A DNA stretch of 64,000 nucleotides from Dehalococcoidia bacterium (GTDB taxonomy: Bacteria > Chloroflexota > Dehalococcoidia > SZUA-161 > SpSt-899). The translations under genes were made by a program, and so were the position numbers. The notes under the pieces were generated by a model. The model was not told the origin of the DNA. It worked only from the letters and a program-made list of their open reading frames with translations, and did not search any database. Of the stretch, positions 60,490 to 64,000 are shown piece by piece; within the stretch, counting starts at the first letter, position 1, and each line of letters starts with the position of its first letter. Location: positions 1,518,792 through 1,582,791 of the forward strand of contig JBGLNL010000001.1 of NCBI GenBank assembly GCA_041300025.1, read 5' to 3'.

Positions 60490-61500
60490 CTACATCTTGA
60501 AATTGAGTTCAGTGCCGCAATAACTGCATCTGGAGCCATCGAGGCCGACTATTTTTGTCGTATAACCTATTCTTTCCACTACTACCCTGCCGCAAGAATA
60601 GCAAACCGTATTTTCCCCATCGTTACCGGGCACATTACCGATATATACGTAGCGCAATCCCGCTTCCCTGCCGATCCTTCCGGCAGATTCCAGCGTCCGG
60701 AGCGGAGTCGATGGGACATTAGTCATTTTATACATGGGATGAAAGCGGCTGATATGCCAGGGCGTATCTACCCCCAGTTCGTTGACTATGAAATCCACTG
60801 CCCGGTGTAATTCATCAGGATCATCATTGATTCCGGGGATTACGAGAGTAGTTACTTCCAGAAAAACGCCAAACTTTTTGAGCGCTTTAAGGTTATCCAG
60901 AATTGGCTGGAGTTTACCGCCGACATATTTGCTGTATGTTTCTTCCCGGAAAGCCTTGAGATCGACGTTGATGGCGTCGAGCCAGGGATGGAAAAGTTCC
61001 AGCATCTGGCTGCTCATATAACCGTTGCTCACATACACGTTGGCCAGGCCGGCTTCGCGAGCCAGTCGGGCGATTTCATAGGTATATTCAAAGAAGACGG
61101 TTGGTTCGGTATAGGTATAAGCGATACTCCGGCATCCTGTTCGCCTGGCATCGGCAACAATTTCTTCAGGGGTTGCTTCTGTCCCGATCACGAGGTCTCG
61201 CTCTCTTGGCATCTGGGATATATCTGCATTCTGGCACCAGTCGCAACGGAAATTGCATCCGGGAGTAGCAATCGAATAGGAAGTGCTGCCGGGTTGAAAA
61301 TTGAACAGGGGTTTTTTTTCGATGGGATCTACATTGCGGGCAATGGTTCGCCCGTAGACCAGAGTATATAAAGTGCCGCCCCTATTTTCCCGCACCCGGC
61401 AGATACCTTTCTTACCATCTGCAATTGTGCAGTGGTGCGCGCACAGTTCACAGCGTACCTTGCCATCCGGCAGTTTCTCATAGAGCATAGCCTCGTGCAT
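60490..61500 (-). CDS. AmmeMemoRadiSam radical SAM enzyme
   Basis: CELCAHHC, VDPIEKKPL, GCNFRCDWCQN, YTYTEP. Confidence 0.95.
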   Translation of the reverse strand: MHEAMLYEKLPDGKVRCELCAHHCTIADGKKGICRVRENRGGTLYTLVYGRTIARNVDPIEKKPLFNFQPGSTSYSIATPGCNFRCDWCQNADISQMPRERDLVIGTEATPEEIVADARRTGCRSIAYTYTEPTVFFEYTYEIARLAREAGLANVYVSNGYMSSQMLELFHPWLDAINVDLKAFREETYSKYVGGKLQPILDNLKALKKFGVFLEVTTLVIPGINDDPDELHRAVDFIVNELGVDTPWHISRFHPMYKMTNVPSTPLRTLESAGRIGREAGLRYVYIGNVPGNDGENTVCYSCGRVVVERIGYTTKIVGLDGSRCSYCGTELNFKM

Positions 61501-61569
61501 AATAACATCCTCCTGCCAGGCAAATTCACGGGCCTGCACAGTTACCAAAAGCTGTGTCAGTGAATCTGG

Positions 61570-62470
61570 TTATGCCTTGCCCTGAGCCATTTGCAATTGC
61601 TTGCCTTCAGTCTTTATGGATGGAGCGATTACCAGCTCGATCTGACGGTATGCTTCGAGATTTTGAGCCCCGCACATTCCCATACTCGTACGAAGCGCTC
61701 CTATAAGGTTCTGAGTTCCGCTGGTTACAGTGGCTGGCCCGAAGAGTGTTTGCTTGAGGGTGCTGTTTTGAGTGACTTTCACTCGCACTCCCCGTGGCAA
61801 TCCAGCGTGGGGAGTGGCCATTCCCCAGTGATAACCCCTTCCGGGGGCCTCAGCAGTTTGCACCATGATCGAACCCAGCATTACAGCATCGGCTCCGCAG
61901 GCAAATGATTTACAGATATCTCCACCGGCGCGGATGCCCCCATCTGTAATTATGGGAACGTAATTGCCGGTATCACGGAAATAATCATCTCTGGCGGCGG
62001 CGCATTCCATTGTAGCCGTTGCCTGGGGCACGCCCACTCCCAGAACCTCCCTTGAGGTGCAGGCTGATCCTGGCCCTATGCCGACCAGCAGGGCAGCTAT
62101 GCCGGTCTCCATCAGGGCGCGGGCCGCACTGTATGTAACGCAGTTACCAACTATTATAGGAACCGAAACCAACTCGCGGAGTTCGGCGAAAACCAGACCT
62201 CGTTCACTTTTGGAAATATGCCTGGCGCTGGTAACGGTTGACTGAACTACCAGCACATCCATTCCTGCTTCTTGAGCAATCGGGTACAGGCGCTTGGTAA
62301 GGGCCGGAGTCATAGATACAGCCGCAATTCCACCGCCATCCTTGATCTCTTTTACCCGGTCGCCTACCAGGTTATCCTTAATTGGTGCGGAATAAAGTTG
62401 CTGCATCAATGGAGTAGCTTCGGCATCAGAGGCAGCGGCGATTTCCGCCAGATATTCGTCTGCGTTTTCA
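61570..62470 (-). CDS. IMP dehydrogenase family protein (GuaB3 type), 5'-truncated
   Basis: VGIGPGSACTSR, DGGIRAGGDI, WGMAT, LPRG. Confidence 0.9.
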
Positions 62471-62634
62471 TATTGGGGGACACCCCCAAAACCCCTGGCA
62501 GGCAGGTTGTCTAAAAACTCCCAGGTATGTCATTTATGAACACAGTGAAGAATCTTTTTTGAAGCTGAGCCTCGGAGATTCCTCGTCATAAATTCCTCAG
62601 AATGACACGTTTTTTGATATTTTAGGACAACCTG
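62470..62634. mobile_element. MITE-like element, copy 4
   Basis: CAGGTTGTCTAAAAA (62503) ... TTTTAGGACAACCTG (62634) inverted ends; preceded by the GGGGGACACCCCC module. Confidence 0.75.
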
Positions 62635-62836
62635 GCACCCCTTTTCAGAAAGCCTGGGGCAAAAACCGGAATTGCAGAAACCGATGTGTGCTATAATTGG
62701 CTCAAATTTCTTACGGAATAATGGATTGGGTTACGGCTGCATGACAATTTGTGACAATCTAGCTGTCGTAACCATGTGGTATAGATAGTGAAAACGATTG
62801 CTGATTGATCGTCTGCTATAAAAAGGATAATGACCA

Positions 62837-64000
62837 ATGGCTCACATGATCCCGGCTGTGATCCCGGAACAAACGCTGAGCAACGCCGAAAAGCACCTGT
62901 TCGCAGTCCTAAAGGAACGGCTTGATTATGGCTTTACCGTTTTTCACTCGTTCAATCTGCTCACCCGCAACCGGCAGCAGCGGTTCATTGAAGGCGAGAT
63001 CGATTTCCTCATCTTCTCACCTGCACATGGTTTTCTAGTGCTCGAAGTCAAGGGCGGCATCATCGAATATGAGGGCAGCACGGATCGATGGTTCCAGAAC
63101 GATAAATTGATGAACCAAAGCCCCTTTCGTCAGGCCCGCGATTCGAAACACAAGCTGAGAGATTTCCTTTCCAATCAGCTTGGCCATAAACCAAAAGGCA
63201 CCTTTGCCTATGCGGTCTGTTTCCCCGAGGTATTCGATGATATGAAAAACCTTCCTTCCGGGGCGGAATCTCGGATATGCATTACCGGCGCTGAACTCCC
63301 GCTGATCGATAAAAAGGTTCAGGAGATATTTGAGAGTTTCAGCCATGATATCCCTGAGTCACTGGAATCGGATGAATCCGAGCGCATCAGGCAGATTCTG
63401 ATGCCCCACTGCGAATACGGGACAAGTCTGAAAGACCGGATGGGAAGGGCCGAGCGCGATTTCTTCCGGCTGACCGAGGAGCAGTGCCGCATGCTCGACA
63501 CGCTGAGCCGCCAGAAGCGGGTATTGATCGAAGGGTGCGCCGGCTCCGGGAAAACGGTGATGGCCGTCAAAAAGGCCCGGGAGCTGGCAGCGGAGGGGAA
63601 GAGCGTGCTGATCCTCTGCTATAACGTCCTGATCGGTGAGCGATTGGCGAGCGAGGTCGGCGATCTGGATTCTGTAACCGCCTGTAACTACCATAAGTTT
63701 TGCGAGGATTTGCTGAAAAAGGCCGGGCGTTTTCCCGCGGACGAAGGGGATTCCGCCGAATACTGGAAGGCAATTCTCCCGGAAGCCTTAGAATCCTTCC
63801 TTCAGGAGAATCCGGTTAAATACGATGCGGTGATCGTTGATGAGGGGCAGGATTTCTATGCGGAGTGGTGGGTGACCGTGGATGATCTGGTGAAGCCGGA
63901 TGGCTATTTCTATATCTTCTATGATCCGGGCCAGAATCTATGGGGAACCGGTATGGACTTCCCCATAAAGGGTGAGCCGTATACGTTTTACCGCAATTGC
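62837..64000 (+). CDS. NERD nuclease-SF1 helicase fusion, runs off window
   Basis: Not in ORF track; GEIDF...LEVKGG, Walker A GCAGSGKT, Walker B IVDEGQD. Confidence 0.88.
   Translation, partial: MAHMIPAVIPEQTLSNAEKHLFAVLKERLDYGFTVFHSFNLLTRNRQQRFIEGEIDFLIFSPAHGFLVLEVKGGIIEYEGSTDRWFQNDKLMNQSPFRQARDSKHKLRDFLSNQLGHKPKGTFAYAVCFPEVFDDMKNLPSGAESRICITGAELPLIDKKVQEIFESFSHDIPESLESDESERIRQILMPHCEYGTSLKDRMGRAERDFFRLTEEQCRMLDTLSRQKRVLIEGCAGSGKTVMAVKKARELAAEGKSVLILCYNVLIGERLASEVGDLDSVTACNYHKFCEDLLKKAGRFPADEGDSAEYWKAILPEALESFLQENPVKYDAVIVDEGQDFYAEWWVTVDDLVKPDGYFYIFYDPGQNLWGTGMDFPIKGEPYTFYRNC

Noticed and set aside
15782-62634. CRISPR array
   Set aside because: The repeats are dispersed, not tandem with spacers; no cas genes were seen, and the PD-(D/E)XK gene has no CRISPR context.
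639-63773. Many short ORFs in the track that overlap identified genes on the opposite strand or in other frames
   Set aside because: They are shadow ORFs with no recognisable motifs.

Overview
This 64 kb window is not one continuous locus. It is a mosaic of about 20 fragments joined end to end: recognisable genes break off mid-sequence every ~3.2-3.5 kb (approx. 1128, 4635, 8155, 11645, 15123, 18597, 22050, 25500, 28935, 32351, 35735, 39110, 42454, 45690, 49060, 52320, 55590, ~59000, 62470), which looks like short contigs concatenated in roughly descending length order. Most fragments resemble Chloroflexota/Dehalococcoidia housekeeping DNA (fusA-rpsJ-rplC, purD/guaA, ileS-jag-yidC, mutS, dnaK-recJ, ccmBCD, oadGB, AmmeMemoRadiSam, three tRNAs). 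A few fragments look like a different source: a phage-like start, an AT-richer membrane glycosylation block, an NDP-sugar operon and a glycoside hydrolase block. Best leads inside single fragments: (1) an intact UDP-glucose dehydrogenase paralog whose catalytic Cys-Lys-Asp motif is erased, in an operon with a second ugd; (2) a small TauE-partner membrane protein with a ~220 aa FG-GAP-like domain inserted in its loop, next to a dissimilatory-type sat; (3) a nested, modular MITE/REP family in four copies plus a RAYT-like remnant; (4) an S10 operon that seems to stop after rplC; (5) a double palindromic operator on a wHTH-MNT/HEPN pair; (6) phage structural-like genes, one with a signal-peptide-like N-terminus. 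All family assignments come from motif recognition; no database searches were run, and junction coordinates are approximate.
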